A stretch of 64,000 nucleotides of DNA from a virus. This document shows positions 29,150 to 38,351 of this stretch, in pieces; the first letter of the stretch is position 1, and each line of letters starts with the position of its first letter. The stretch covers positions 3,570 to 67,569 of the IMG/VR virus record IMGVR_UViG_3300006037_000008, one strand, 5' to 3'. A model generated the notes under the pieces. It saw nothing but the letters and a program-made list of their open reading frames with translations. It did no database searches and had not been told where the DNA came from. The position numbers were made by a program, and so were the translations under genes.

Positions 29150-31078
29150 TTAACCCTCACATGCGACACAGGCGGAATAATCTACAGAGACTGAAACCTT
29201 CTCTACTTTATCAGTGGCGGTAGTCATACCGCTGCGCAAAGCTTTTGACTTCAGATAGTAGCGAGTCTTCAGACCACGCTTCCACATCAGCAAATGAGTG
29301 TAGTTGATGTACTCTTTGCTGGCATCAGGCATGAAGAAGACATTCAGTGATTGAGCTTGGCAAACGTAGGGCTGGGCTGCAGCTGCCAACTCAACCACCC
29401 AACGCTGGTCAATTTCAAAGGCCGTTTTACATAGCCGTTTGATGTGGTCAGATAGGAAATCAAGATGCTGCACTGAACCATCATTCTCTAAGATCGACTT
29501 CCAGACCTTCTTCTTGTTCTTGCCCAGCTTAATCAGCTCATTCTCTAGGAACTCATCCTTCACCAAGAAAGAGCCTGATAAGGTTTTGTGGGTATAGCAG
29601 TTCTGGTAAGTCTTCTCTCGGCTCGCTGATACGTTGTTGCAGATGATCGCGTTGGTGGCAGTTGGAGCAATTGCAATCACATGGCTATTGCGTCGGCCAG
29701 TGCCTTTCATATCTGGTGCTTCACCTCTTTCCAGACCAAGGTCAAGACTGGCCTGCACTGCCTGATAATGAACATGCTTGCTTACCTTATCGGTCGCAAT
29801 CATCGCTTCGCGTGAATCGTAGTAGATACCCTCGTTTTTGAAATAGGTATCCCAACCCATCTGGCCCAAGCCGAGTGCGCGTTCTTGGGTTGCTGAATAA
29901 ACTGCCTTACGCATTGGGTGCAGGTACTTGTGTAGAATATCATCAATCACAGACTCATCGGCACGACCCCCAACGATTTCGCGCAGACGCTCTTTACCAA
30001 TCTGTGTGTCGGCATTGGCTGTGCCATTTTCGATAAAATATTGAATTACATTGTCTAGGAAACGAATCATATCGTTTACGAAAGTAGGATGATCCTTCCA
30101 CTCATTGTACTTGGCCATGTTGAGTGAAGATAGGCAACAAACTGCAGTGCGATCCTTGTTGGTTGGGAGCGTAACTTCAACACAAAGGTTAGAACCATTA
30201 ACCTTCAAGCCTAAGTCTTTCTGGGATTGTGGCAGCATTCGATTGCTGGCATCAACCCAATGAATCATTGGTTCACCTCCTTTGGTAGCCGCCGTATCTA
30301 AGCACATTTCCCAGAGCTTACGCGCCTTGACTGTCTTAACCACTTTGCCAGTGTGTGGTGAAACTAGACCCCAATCTGCATTCTCAATCACCCGCTTCAT
30401 AAAATCATCGGGGATATTCACACCATTGTGGATATTGCGCGAGCGACGATTATTATCACCTGTTGGGTTTCGGATCTGGATGAACTCTTCAATCTCAGGG
30501 TGTGAAATGTCCATGTTGCACATGTCAGCACCACGGCGATTGCTCCCCTGATTGGTGGCCAATACGAGTCGATCACTCACCCCCACAAAGGGAATTGCCC
30601 CTCCAGTCTTCTGTCCCGTGCTAGTTGGACAATTTAGTTCACGCAATTGGCTCCAGTGAGTGCCACGTCCACCCCCATTACTGTTGAGGAAGATACCTTC
30701 AACATAGCTCTGCGCAATATCCCAACGTGAATCCCCAACGGTGCTTAGGAAGCAAGAGATTGGAAGTGGGCCGAGTACGTTTTTGAAACAGTCAGCTTTG
30801 AAATTCTGTGCGAACACCTTTTCAAATTTTACACGCTCAGGGGCGTTGCTCAGAACGGGGGTGGCTGGCCCAGCCCACTGTTGGGCGAAGTATTGGTACA
30901 TTCGTTCAGCCATTGCCTGATCATCTGAGTAGGCAGTGGCACATCGCCAATAAAGTTCTTGTGGGCTGTGCTCATGCGCCAAATAATAACGATCTTCCAG
31001 TGTTTTTAAGCTGAAAAGTTTTAGCTCGATACTGATCTTACTCAGTTCGAGTGGGAACGCGATACTCATGGGAATCAT
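29150..31078 (-). CDS. nrdA: ribonucleotide reductase class I alpha subunit (no ATP cone)
   Basis: ATPVLSN, ISCF, SNLCVE, IAPTAT, QSLNVF, GLKTRYY, C-terminal CVACEG. Confidence 0.95.
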   Translation of the reverse strand: MIPMSIAFPLELSKISIELKLFSLKTLEDRYYLAHEHSPQELYWRCATAYSDDQAMAERMYQYFAQQWAGPATPVLSNAPERVKFEKVFAQNFKADCFKNVLGPLPISCFLSTVGDSRWDIAQSYVEGIFLNSNGGGRGTHWSQLRELNCPTSTGQKTGGAIPFVGVSDRLVLATNQGSNRRGADMCNMDISHPEIEEFIQIRNPTGDNNRRSRNIHNGVNIPDDFMKRVIENADWGLVSPHTGKVVKTVKARKLWEMCLDTAATKGGEPMIHWVDASNRMLPQSQKDLGLKVNGSNLCVEVTLPTNKDRTAVCCLSSLNMAKYNEWKDHPTFVNDMIRFLDNVIQYFIENGTANADTQIGKERLREIVGGRADESVIDDILHKYLHPMRKAVYSATQERALGLGQMGWDTYFKNEGIYYDSREAMIATDKVSKHVHYQAVQASLDLGLERGEAPDMKGTGRRNSHVIAIAPTATNAIICNNVSASREKTYQNCYTHKTLSGSFLVKDEFLENELIKLGKNKKKVWKSILENDGSVQHLDFLSDHIKRLCKTAFEIDQRWVVELAAAAQPYVCQAQSLNVFFMPDASKEYINYTHLLMWKRGLKTRYYLKSKALRSGMTTATDKVEKVSVSVDYSACVACEG

Positions 31079-31175
31079 CCTGTTTCTGGAACTGAAACTT
31101 TAAACCCATTGGTCACGTCTAACAAGGGGATATACGTTATAATTCTTTAACCACTGTATGAAAAGAGTATGTAAC

Positions 31176-31556
31176 ATGCCTCGTTTTATCTTCTTGCTGG
31201 TAAAACTGTTAGTGATTATATCGCTGCCAGTCTATGCGGCAACACTGGCTGAGACAGCCAAGGATAGTAACTTTGAGCTGACCATATTTGGCTGTACCCT
31301 CGCTTGGCTTTTAGGCTCCCTTGCTGGAGCACTATACCCGATGCCTGAAGACAGCCGCATCACCTCCCCTTGGCTCAAGTTGACCTTATCTACACTGGCT
31401 GGTTTGGTCGCGCTGGTTTATACTTTACAAGATGGTGGGGGTCTGAAAAGTATCAGCATCATCTGGATAGGCTTGGTTTCCTTGATTGCACCGTCGACGG
31501 TCGAGAATGCCAAAAGCCTAATTGTTTCATTCCTGACCAAGCGTTTTGGGGGTTGA
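31176..31556 (+). CDS. holin-like membrane protein
   Basis: Signal-like N-terminus ending PVYA plus 3 hydrophobic segments; upstream of the endolysin. Confidence 0.6.
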   Translation: MPRFIFLLVKLLVIISLPVYAATLAETAKDSNFELTIFGCTLAWLLGSLAGALYPMPEDSRITSPWLKLTLSTLAGLVALVYTLQDGGGLKSISIIWIGLVSLIAPSTVENAKSLIVSFLTKRFGG

Positions 31557-31842
31557 TGTGTTTGATTTGATCGGTCTTGAGTCTTGTGTAGTCTGGGGCA
31601 TTTTCGCGGTTCTGCTTGTGCTCTCAGTATTCCTTCCCGACCGATACTTGCCAACATCGAGTCGGGCCACTTATTCCCAAATTGTTATGCTGGTTTTGGC
31701 CTGTCTTATAGGCATGAAAGGCCAATCGCAAATGGCTATTCTTATCTGTTCTGTAGTGTTAATATATGGTTTATGTAAACGATACGGTACTTGGCAATGT
31801 CAGACTCAGCAAGAAAAATCCAAGAGCACCTTATCCGATTAG
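31546..31842 (+). CDS. second small membrane protein of the lysis cassette
   Basis: 3 hydrophobic segments; overlaps both neighbours. Confidence 0.55.
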   Translation: MGVDVFDLIGLESCVVWGIFAVLLVLSVFLPDRYLPTSSRATYSQIVMLVLACLIGMKGQSQMAILICSVVLIYGLCKRYGTWQCQTQQEKSKSTLSD

Positions 31843-32351
31843 GCTACCTTAAAGGCGAGCCTGATGGAGATATTGGGCCGCTTACCTTGTCTGCATTCGA
31901 GAAGCTACTCACCCAACTACCCAAATCGGCCACCAAACGCCAAATCAAAATGGTTCGATTCAAACAAACCAGTAGCTCAACCACCTCAAAAGTTACCATT
32001 GAGGATTCCAACTTTCAAGGATTTATCCTAGAACCTGCTGGCCCCAGCACTGCCACTCCAAACTTAGATCGTCGCATCCCAACTGGCACTTATAAGCTTT
32101 CAGCTTACAGCAGTGCCAAGTATCGCAACGTCTACCTGTTGAGCAATAAAGACGTTAGTGCCTCTCGCCTCATCTTGATCCACAGTGGCAACTCACCAAA
32201 AGACACTCTTGGCTGCTTAATGACTGGTTTAGCTCACGCCCAAGATTGGGTGTCAAACAGCGTGTTGGCTCTTAACCAGTTGCGGGAAATCATTAAAGAC
32301 GGCGGTGGCCCTGACAACTTTGAGCTAGTAATCACCGAGGACTTCAAATGA
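31797..32351 (+). CDS. endolysin: peptidoglycan-binding domain plus DUF5675-like catalytic domain
   Basis: IQEHL..LGY..DGDIGPLT; FILE..RIPTGTY..ILIHSGN..DTLGCL. Confidence 0.8.
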   Translation: MSDSARKIQEHLIRLGYLKGEPDGDIGPLTLSAFEKLLTQLPKSATKRQIKMVRFKQTSSSTTSKVTIEDSNFQGFILEPAGPSTATPNLDRRIPTGTYKLSAYSSAKYRNVYLLSNKDVSASRLILIHSGNSPKDTLGCLMTGLAHAQDWVSNSVLALNQLREIIKDGGGPDNFELVITEDFK

Positions 32352-32713
32352 GCTGTTTAACACAAGCCAAGGTCTTCCAAGTAAGGGTTGGTGAGAAGGT
32401 TAGCTATTTGGCCAGAATCCGAGACTATGATCTGTCTGAGCCGAATGCGGTACTTCGTGGAAGTATTGTCGATGCTGAAGGCACACTCGTTGGCCCAGTA
32501 ATTATTGAGCTGCTTGATCAAGAGTTGAATCGCGGCTGTTTTATGATGGGCTTTGATGCAAGAACTTGGCAAAGAAGCCAAGTTGGTTTGACTTACAAGT
32601 TTGATGTGGTGCTTGAGATCAATAACCTAACTCAACCCGACACGGTTTACCCAACACCCCTTATGTATTTAGAAGTGCTGGAATCTCCAACACTATCTTT
32701 GCCAGTTGTTTGA
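32348..32713 (+). CDS. hypothetical beta-rich protein, possible tailspike adaptor (BppU-like)
   Basis: YDLS..GSI and YKFDVVLE pattern; precedes the tailspike. Confidence 0.5.
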   Translation: MSCLTQAKVFQVRVGEKVSYLARIRDYDLSEPNAVLRGSIVDAEGTLVGPVIIELLDQELNRGCFMMGFDARTWQRSQVGLTYKFDVVLEINNLTQPDTVYPTPLMYLEVLESPTLSLPVV

Positions 32714-32723
32714 GGACTTTTAC

Positions 32724-35700
32724 ATGCCGACTATGGATTTAGACACTAAGCAGATTGCTGTTGTTAAGGAACAGGTTACTGATGCGGGGGCTGAAGCCTT
32801 CCGACTGATTGAAGCCATCTTGAACGGCTCAAGTAAAGGCTTCTTAACCTACGCCGCTTTAGTCGCTGCTGTTGCGGAAGTAGATGTCGAAGATCAACCA
32901 GTTATTAAAGCAAACACATTCCACCGCGTTACTAACGACCCAGACCCTGCGAATAACTGGCTGTGGCAGTGGGACGGCACAACCCTTACCAAGTCTGACC
33001 GCGATGATTTAGCACAAGCAAAAGCTTATGCTGACGCAAACCGATTGTTTAAGCCGTTTGTTTTGGCCGCTGCTGCTGATTTTAATACGCTGACTGCTGA
33101 GGGTCGCACGGTTGTGCCGACCAATGTGATTGCTGCTGCGTGTACCAATCGACCAAGCGGCGATGCAGGTGTTTTGGACGTTGCACTGATCGGCTCAGGT
33201 GCTTTCCAAACGTATCGCGTCTTTGAGTTTGACCTTGCTTATGAGCGGCAACGGCTCAGCAATGCGACTTGGACGGCTTGGACGCAGCTGGCATCAAAAG
33301 ACATGGTCGACACATCGGCGGCTAATACGCTGCAATCTGCACAAGATTATGCGGACGCAGAAAAAGCAACCCTAGTGTCGGTTGAAAAACCTAAGCAAAC
33401 TGGCAGGGCAAACGGCTGGCCTGATGCGTTTTTTCGCAGGCTTACGCTGACAAGTCAAAACTTCCTAGGACGCAAGCGTTGGTGGGCGAATGGCGTGACT
33501 GGAACAGCAGGATTTAACGGCTGGTCGCTCGTCACCAATTCTGTATTTAAGGGCAAGGCATTACGTCGGGCGGATGGATACAACGGCACGTCGTACAGCG
33601 GGCCGACAATCCATTTTGATGAGATCAATGTTGCGGCGGGCGACTATGTGACCGCCTACGTCTTGATCGTTGGCAATGGTAATACAGCATACGCAACGTG
33701 GCGCTTTACTAACGAGTCCGAAACTATTATTGGCTCAGTCGGGCTGATGGTTAACGCAGCGGGAACAAATCCAATCACCCCAAGCTCGACACCACAGTTT
33801 TTGCGCGTCACAGCACAAGTGCCAGCCGGCGCGACTCGGTTGAGCGTGTCGCCATATAACATCAGCGGCTCAGTTGGTTTTGATGTGATCGCTGTGTGGT
33901 GTGGTAAGGGTGGCGTGAGCGACGTGCCCAGCTGGCCAACGCTCGAAGACTCATATGCGATTTTGCGAGAAGCCGAACTCGTAAATGCGCCGACAGTGAA
34001 TTCGGCGGGTCAGCTGCGTGGAGCTTATATACCTCACATACAGTATCAGTCACCGCTCGGCGATAGCGAGATGATTGGCGACGGTAACTATGCAGGACTT
34101 GCAAAGACGGGCGGGTTTTACGAGCTGATCACCGAGAAAACATTATTAAATGCAGTGACTGGCCGCATCTGGGCCTCCAATGGTTCGACGGCTGTAGAGT
34201 GGCGGGTGTGGGTGCGCGATACCGCGTCCGGATTTAACATGGAAACAACCACGGCGACACTGTCCGGCAGTGTTGCGGCAGGCTCTTTCCCAACGACGAA
34301 CGTCGAATTCACACTGCAAATGCCGACGATCTTGAGCATCGATGCTGGGAAATATCTATTCGTCATGTTTAAGCCAGCCGACGATAGCGCGATCAATTTT
34401 CGCAGTTGGACTTATAACGCAGGCGTCACACCAGCACGGCACGGATTCCCATTCACCGTCGCGGCTGGTGGCTGGAACAACACCATCGCTATCGGCAATC
34501 CATCGACGTCTTATGGCCAAGCCGCGTGCCGATTCTTGCTTGAGTCCGAAGATATTCGCGCGGTCAAAAAAGCAAGCGGCATCACATACGACCCCGCTGC
34601 ATCAGGTCTAGCAGCTCAAACCGTACAGGCTGCTATCGATGCCCTTGCCGCATCAGTCACAACCCCGCCCACTATATTGGCAGTGCCAATGATTTACGGC
34701 GTGATTGGTCGCGAAGCGAATGTGTATCTAGACAACCTAATCGCTGCTGATGTGTGTGATTACAACACTGATGTGGTGGCCACAGTTGGAACACAACAGG
34801 CTGAACGCTGGACAGTGACGCCTACAGCGACTGTCACAGGCGGCACGCTGGGCATTAACTTACATGACAAAAAAACGGCTGCTATTGCAGCGTCTCGCAC
34901 CCTTGGTTTGAAAGTTGTGGCGGCATCCGCAGGGTCAGGCATGACCAAAAAAATCATTGTGATTGGTGACAGCCTTGTGTCTGCTGGTTTGATTACACAG
35001 ACATTACTGGATATTGTCAGCGGCGGTGATGCGATGGCAGTTACGCTGCTTGGCACACAAGGCACAGCACCGAACTTGCATGAAGGGCGCGGCGGTTGGG
35101 CGGTGCCGAATTACACAACAGCGGGATCAACGTACTACAGCTTCACGGTTGCAGGCGTAGTGACACCACCAAACATCAATGCAACTCAGTACACAAACAA
35201 TGGCAGCACATACCGTGTGCAGGCTGTCAATTTGTCGGGTGGCGCAGGCACGATCATTTGCAGCGTTGTATCTGGTGGTGCACCAGCGTCAAGCGGCGTG
35301 CTGACTAAATCAAATGCGATTGCCGGTGATGCGACGATTGCATTTAGTGCTTCATCCCCTGTGGCAGGCAACCCATTTTGGTTTAGTGGTGCGGTCAATT
35401 TTGCACAGTATCTATCAACAAACAGCATTGCAGCACCAGACTGGGTTTTTATTCAGCTTGGAGTTAATGACATGTTTGGCCAAGTCAGTGACAGCGCAGC
35501 ATCAACAACGGCTGACACTCGCTTCACCAGCCTTGACGCGCTAATCAGCAGCATCAAATCGGCTGATGCAAACATCAAAATCGGCATGATGATCCCACCA
35601 CCGCCAGCGGCCAGCCAAGACGCGTTCGGGGCTAACTACGCATCAACAGAGACACGTTGGCGGCATAAGCGCAACATGTACATCTGGGCGCGTCAAATGC

Positions 35701-35921
35701 TGTTGAAGTACACAGGCCAAGAAGCCAGTCGCATCTATATCGTACCAACAGGCCTATCGGTTGATACCGTCAATAACTACCCGAAAGCCGCTGCATCGCC
35801 AGTTAATAGCCGCAATAGCACAGTGACTATCTCACGCCAGTCAAATGGTGTGCATCCTGACATATCCGGCTATCGGCAGATCGGTGACGCGCTGTTTGCG
35901 TTTATTAAATGCACTGCGTGA
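32724..35921 (+). CDS. tailspike / tail fibre with C-terminal SGNH esterase domain
   Basis: N-terminal anchor VTNDPDPANN..WQWDGTTLTKS; SGNH blocks IGDS, EGRGGW, QLGVND and NGVHP. Confidence 0.85.
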   Translation: MPTMDLDTKQIAVVKEQVTDAGAEAFRLIEAILNGSSKGFLTYAALVAAVAEVDVEDQPVIKANTFHRVTNDPDPANNWLWQWDGTTLTKSDRDDLAQAKAYADANRLFKPFVLAAAADFNTLTAEGRTVVPTNVIAAACTNRPSGDAGVLDVALIGSGAFQTYRVFEFDLAYERQRLSNATWTAWTQLASKDMVDTSAANTLQSAQDYADAEKATLVSVEKPKQTGRANGWPDAFFRRLTLTSQNFLGRKRWWANGVTGTAGFNGWSLVTNSVFKGKALRRADGYNGTSYSGPTIHFDEINVAAGDYVTAYVLIVGNGNTAYATWRFTNESETIIGSVGLMVNAAGTNPITPSSTPQFLRVTAQVPAGATRLSVSPYNISGSVGFDVIAVWCGKGGVSDVPSWPTLEDSYAILREAELVNAPTVNSAGQLRGAYIPHIQYQSPLGDSEMIGDGNYAGLAKTGGFYELITEKTLLNAVTGRIWASNGSTAVEWRVWVRDTASGFNMETTTATLSGSVAAGSFPTTNVEFTLQMPTILSIDAGKYLFVMFKPADDSAINFRSWTYNAGVTPARHGFPFTVAAGGWNNTIAIGNPSTSYGQAACRFLLESEDIRAVKKASGITYDPAASGLAAQTVQAAIDALAASVTTPPTILAVPMIYGVIGREANVYLDNLIAADVCDYNTDVVATVGTQQAERWTVTPTATVTGGTLGINLHDKKTAAIAASRTLGLKVVAASAGSGMTKKIIVIGDSLVSAGLITQTLLDIVSGGDAMAVTLLGTQGTAPNLHEGRGGWAVPNYTTAGSTYYSFTVAGVVTPPNINATQYTNNGSTYRVQAVNLSGGAGTIICSVVSGGAPASSGVLTKSNAIAGDATIAFSASSPVAGNPFWFSGAVNFAQYLSTNSIAAPDWVFIQLGVNDMFGQVSDSAASTTADTRFTSLDALISSIKSADANIKIGMMIPPPPAASQDAFGANYASTETRWRHKRNMYIWARQMLLKYTGQEASRIYIVPTGLSVDTVNNYPKAAASPVNSRNSTVTISRQSNGVHPDISGYRQIGDALFAFIKCTA

Positions 35922-35970
35922 TGTTTTTTGTATTATCAAAGCAACCAGCGCATAAATAGCGCAAACCAGT

Positions 35971-35991
35971 AGCCGCCTACGGGCGGTTTTT
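35971..35991 (+). terminator. terminator after tailspike
   Basis: AGCCGCC-tacg-GGCGGTT followed by TTT. Confidence 0.75.
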
Positions 35992-36197
35992 GTACGTCTT
36001 GGGGTTTTTATGAGATTAGCGGTTTTTTGGGCACTGGCGTGGCGACTGGTAGTGTTTTTGAGCGTGCCGGTTTTGACGTTGCGGCGGTCATTAACTAATG
36101 AGTCCTAGTCTGTGCCTCATGCTAAGCAGCTGCACAGCGCACACTGTCAGTATGCCCATAGATATAAATGTGGTGGTGAAAGTCTGCCTTGAATGCT

Positions 36198-36223
36198 AAA
36201 AAGCCCGCGTAAGCGGGCTTTTT
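36198..36223. terminator. bidirectional terminator
   Basis: AAAAAGCCCGC-gtaa-GCGGGCTTTTT. Confidence 0.9.
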
Positions 36224-36241
36224 GTTTAATCATCCCATCCT

Positions 36242-36568
36242 TCACTCATGTCGTTCATGTTTTACCTCCCCCTTCTTCAGATCCTCAACCACCAGTGTTG
36301 CGTAGCCTGCAATGTCATGCCAGCTGTCGATATAGCTAGGGTCACCACAGGAGATCCGGGCCAATTTGCTACAGATCATCTGGAGTGCCTCCTGCTGGAC
36401 ATCATCAAACTCAGAACCCGCACAGTTTAAGATTGCCTGCAGGTGCTGGGAAACCCCAGCCACCCTATCGAAGCCTCCATAGCGTGAGCCACGTTCGCTC
36501 AGAGTGTCTTGGATTGATCGAGCTTTAAACTCAGCCACGATCTCAGCCAGAGTGTTTACTTTTTCCAT
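36242..36568 (-). CDS. DUF6378-like phage protein
   Basis: ERGSRYGGF..KLARI..DSWHDIAGYATL. Confidence 0.75.
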   Translation of the reverse strand: MEKVNTLAEIVAEFKARSIQDTLSERGSRYGGFDRVAGVSQHLQAILNCAGSEFDDVQQEALQMICSKLARISCGDPSYIDSWHDIAGYATLVVEDLKKGEVKHERHE

Positions 36569-37443
36569 GTCGCTTTCTCCACAGTCTTACGGAATTGATG
36601 GAAACCTGTCAGGTTGCCAGATTTTTCATTGCGATCCATCAACGGATAGCACTGGTGTTCTGTTGGGCTGGCGTGGATTGGGTGAGATCCTACCAACTTA
36701 TCGAAGGTTGCCAGCTCCTTCTCATGGTTCGGCACTAAACCTTCCTGAGTCAAATAGCTGGTGCGAGCGCAACGAGCCGAGTCCAACTTGGCTAGATACT
36801 CTGGCTGCCCCTGATACTTGCGACGCTCCTGATCGGTAATATAGGCATAATGCCAATTGGAAGCGTCCAGAGGATCGCTGTTGCTAACGATACGCGGTGC
36901 TTTGTCTTGGGCGGCACACTTCATCTTTAAGGACAGAGAAATGATCTCTGGCTGTGCTGCTTCATCAATCCGAAGCTCATAGAAGTTATCCCACTCGGTG
37001 GAGGTGATGACGGCAGTCACGTACAGATAGGGTTCGACAGGTCGATTCGCCCATTGCTTGTGTAAGCCAGCCTTAGTCAGACCTTTGGTGGTCATACTGG
37101 CAGTCTTCATGCCAAACCACCACCACAATTCACAGCGTAGGGTTGCCCAGAGACCCAATTCTTCCGTAGAAGCCATGCCTGCCTTGTTGCTACCCCAGAA
37201 GAGAGGTTTGAAATACTTGTTCTTCAGATTGGCCAGCATTTTAAGTACCGGGATTGCCCGGCTGCTTGCAACGTTGCGTGAAAATTTTCGATGCGTATTT
37301 ACTTCAGGTAAAATGATGCGAGGCATCCGCACAAAGTGAGTTGAGACTTCTGCTCCTGTCTCTTTGCAGACACTACGCGAGAGACAAGTTACTTCGATAC
37401 CATCATGTTCCAGATGCTTCTTTACATACTCAACAACATTCAT
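36556..37443 (-). CDS. thyX: flavin-dependent thymidylate synthase, phage type
   Basis: THR-x7-S motif (THRKFSRNVAS), HKQWANR, WDNFYELR..AQPEI, HASPTEH. Confidence 0.85.
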   Translation of the reverse strand: MNVVEYVKKHLEHDGIEVTCLSRSVCKETGAEVSTHFVRMPRIILPEVNTHRKFSRNVASSRAIPVLKMLANLKNKYFKPLFWGSNKAGMASTEELGLWATLRCELWWWFGMKTASMTTKGLTKAGLHKQWANRPVEPYLYVTAVITSTEWDNFYELRIDEAAQPEIISLSLKMKCAAQDKAPRIVSNSDPLDASNWHYAYITDQERRKYQGQPEYLAKLDSARCARTSYLTQEGLVPNHEKELATFDKLVGSHPIHASPTEHQCYPLMDRNEKSGNLTGFHQFRKTVEKATWKK

Positions 37444-38084
37444 CAGTATTTCTTCCCGTGTTCGCCCTTACGATTTTCGATCTTATGATCGGCCCGCTGC
37501 TTGTTATAAGCAACCTTGGCATCCAGAATCTCAAGCAGATTATTCTTAACCCCCAAACCCATACACTGTGGCATGCCGAGTAGATGGCAGATTGTCAGGG
37601 CAAGGTTCAGGTGAAACTCTGTCTCTTTGCCCTTACGATGCGCTTCCATACAGCGACTGATACTAGAATGGATGATGCAGTAGAGTTCATAAGGCAGGGT
37701 ATTTTTAGCTTTGAGATTATAATCCTCTAGGCCCCCAAGCTGGTACTGGGTGTTGGTATCAAAGTCGAAATCCCCCTCCTCGGTGTCAAAGTACCAGTTT
37801 AACTTTTCAAGAACCTGCTCCGAGATTTTGAGACCCCCCACCAGATCGAATAGACGAATCAGCGCGTCTGCCACTTCCACGGCCCAGCACTCATACTGCG
37901 GCAGATGGTCGTCGGCCAAACCCGACATCAGCCCATCATAAGCTTCTGACACCTCGCTATGAACCAGACAGAGTAGCTCACCCACATTACGTTGCTTTGG
38001 TAGGCCAGTCTCTAGGTCAAGCCACCAATTGGCGTGGGCAGCATGGACAGAATCAATGCGAGCTTTAATTTGGGACAGTTTCAT
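37443..38084 (-). CDS. MazG-like NTP pyrophosphohydrolase
   Basis: LVHSEVSEA..EVADALIRLFD and K.AYN..R motifs. Confidence 0.8.
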   Translation of the reverse strand: MKLSQIKARIDSVHAAHANWWLDLETGLPKQRNVGELLCLVHSEVSEAYDGLMSGLADDHLPQYECWAVEVADALIRLFDLVGGLKISEQVLEKLNWYFDTEEGDFDFDTNTQYQLGGLEDYNLKAKNTLPYELYCIIHSSISRCMEAHRKGKETEFHLNLALTICHLLGMPQCMGLGVKNNLLEILDAKVAYNKQRADHKIENRKGEHGKKY

Positions 38085-38341
38085 AGTTTCTCTTCCTCTA
38101 AAGGTTGGCTTGGCAGGATAGCCAACAAGTACATCTCTTGCACCAATAATGCTTCGGTTTGACAGTTCAGCAGGACATGTAAAGCATCCTCCAAGTTGAA
38201 GACTACTGTGCAGCCTTCAGGCAGATCACTGTCAGAATGGGTTGCGATGATCTTACCTGATACAGTCACGCTCTCGCCCTTCGTGGCGTGTGACTGAGGG
38301 TCTTCGATTACAGCAACATAGCCGTACAGGGGGATAATCAT
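38081..38341 (-). CDS. GroES/Cpn10-like protein
   Basis: MIIPL..YVAV..GKIIA..EG.TVVF..LLV.E..LLAI matches the GroES pattern; GAGG RBS. Confidence 0.55.
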   Translation of the reverse strand: MIIPLYGYVAVIEDPQSHATKGESVTVSGKIIATHSDSDLPEGCTVVFNLEDALHVLLNCQTEALLVQEMYLLAILPSQPLEEEKL

Positions 38342-38351
38342 AATAATTTCC

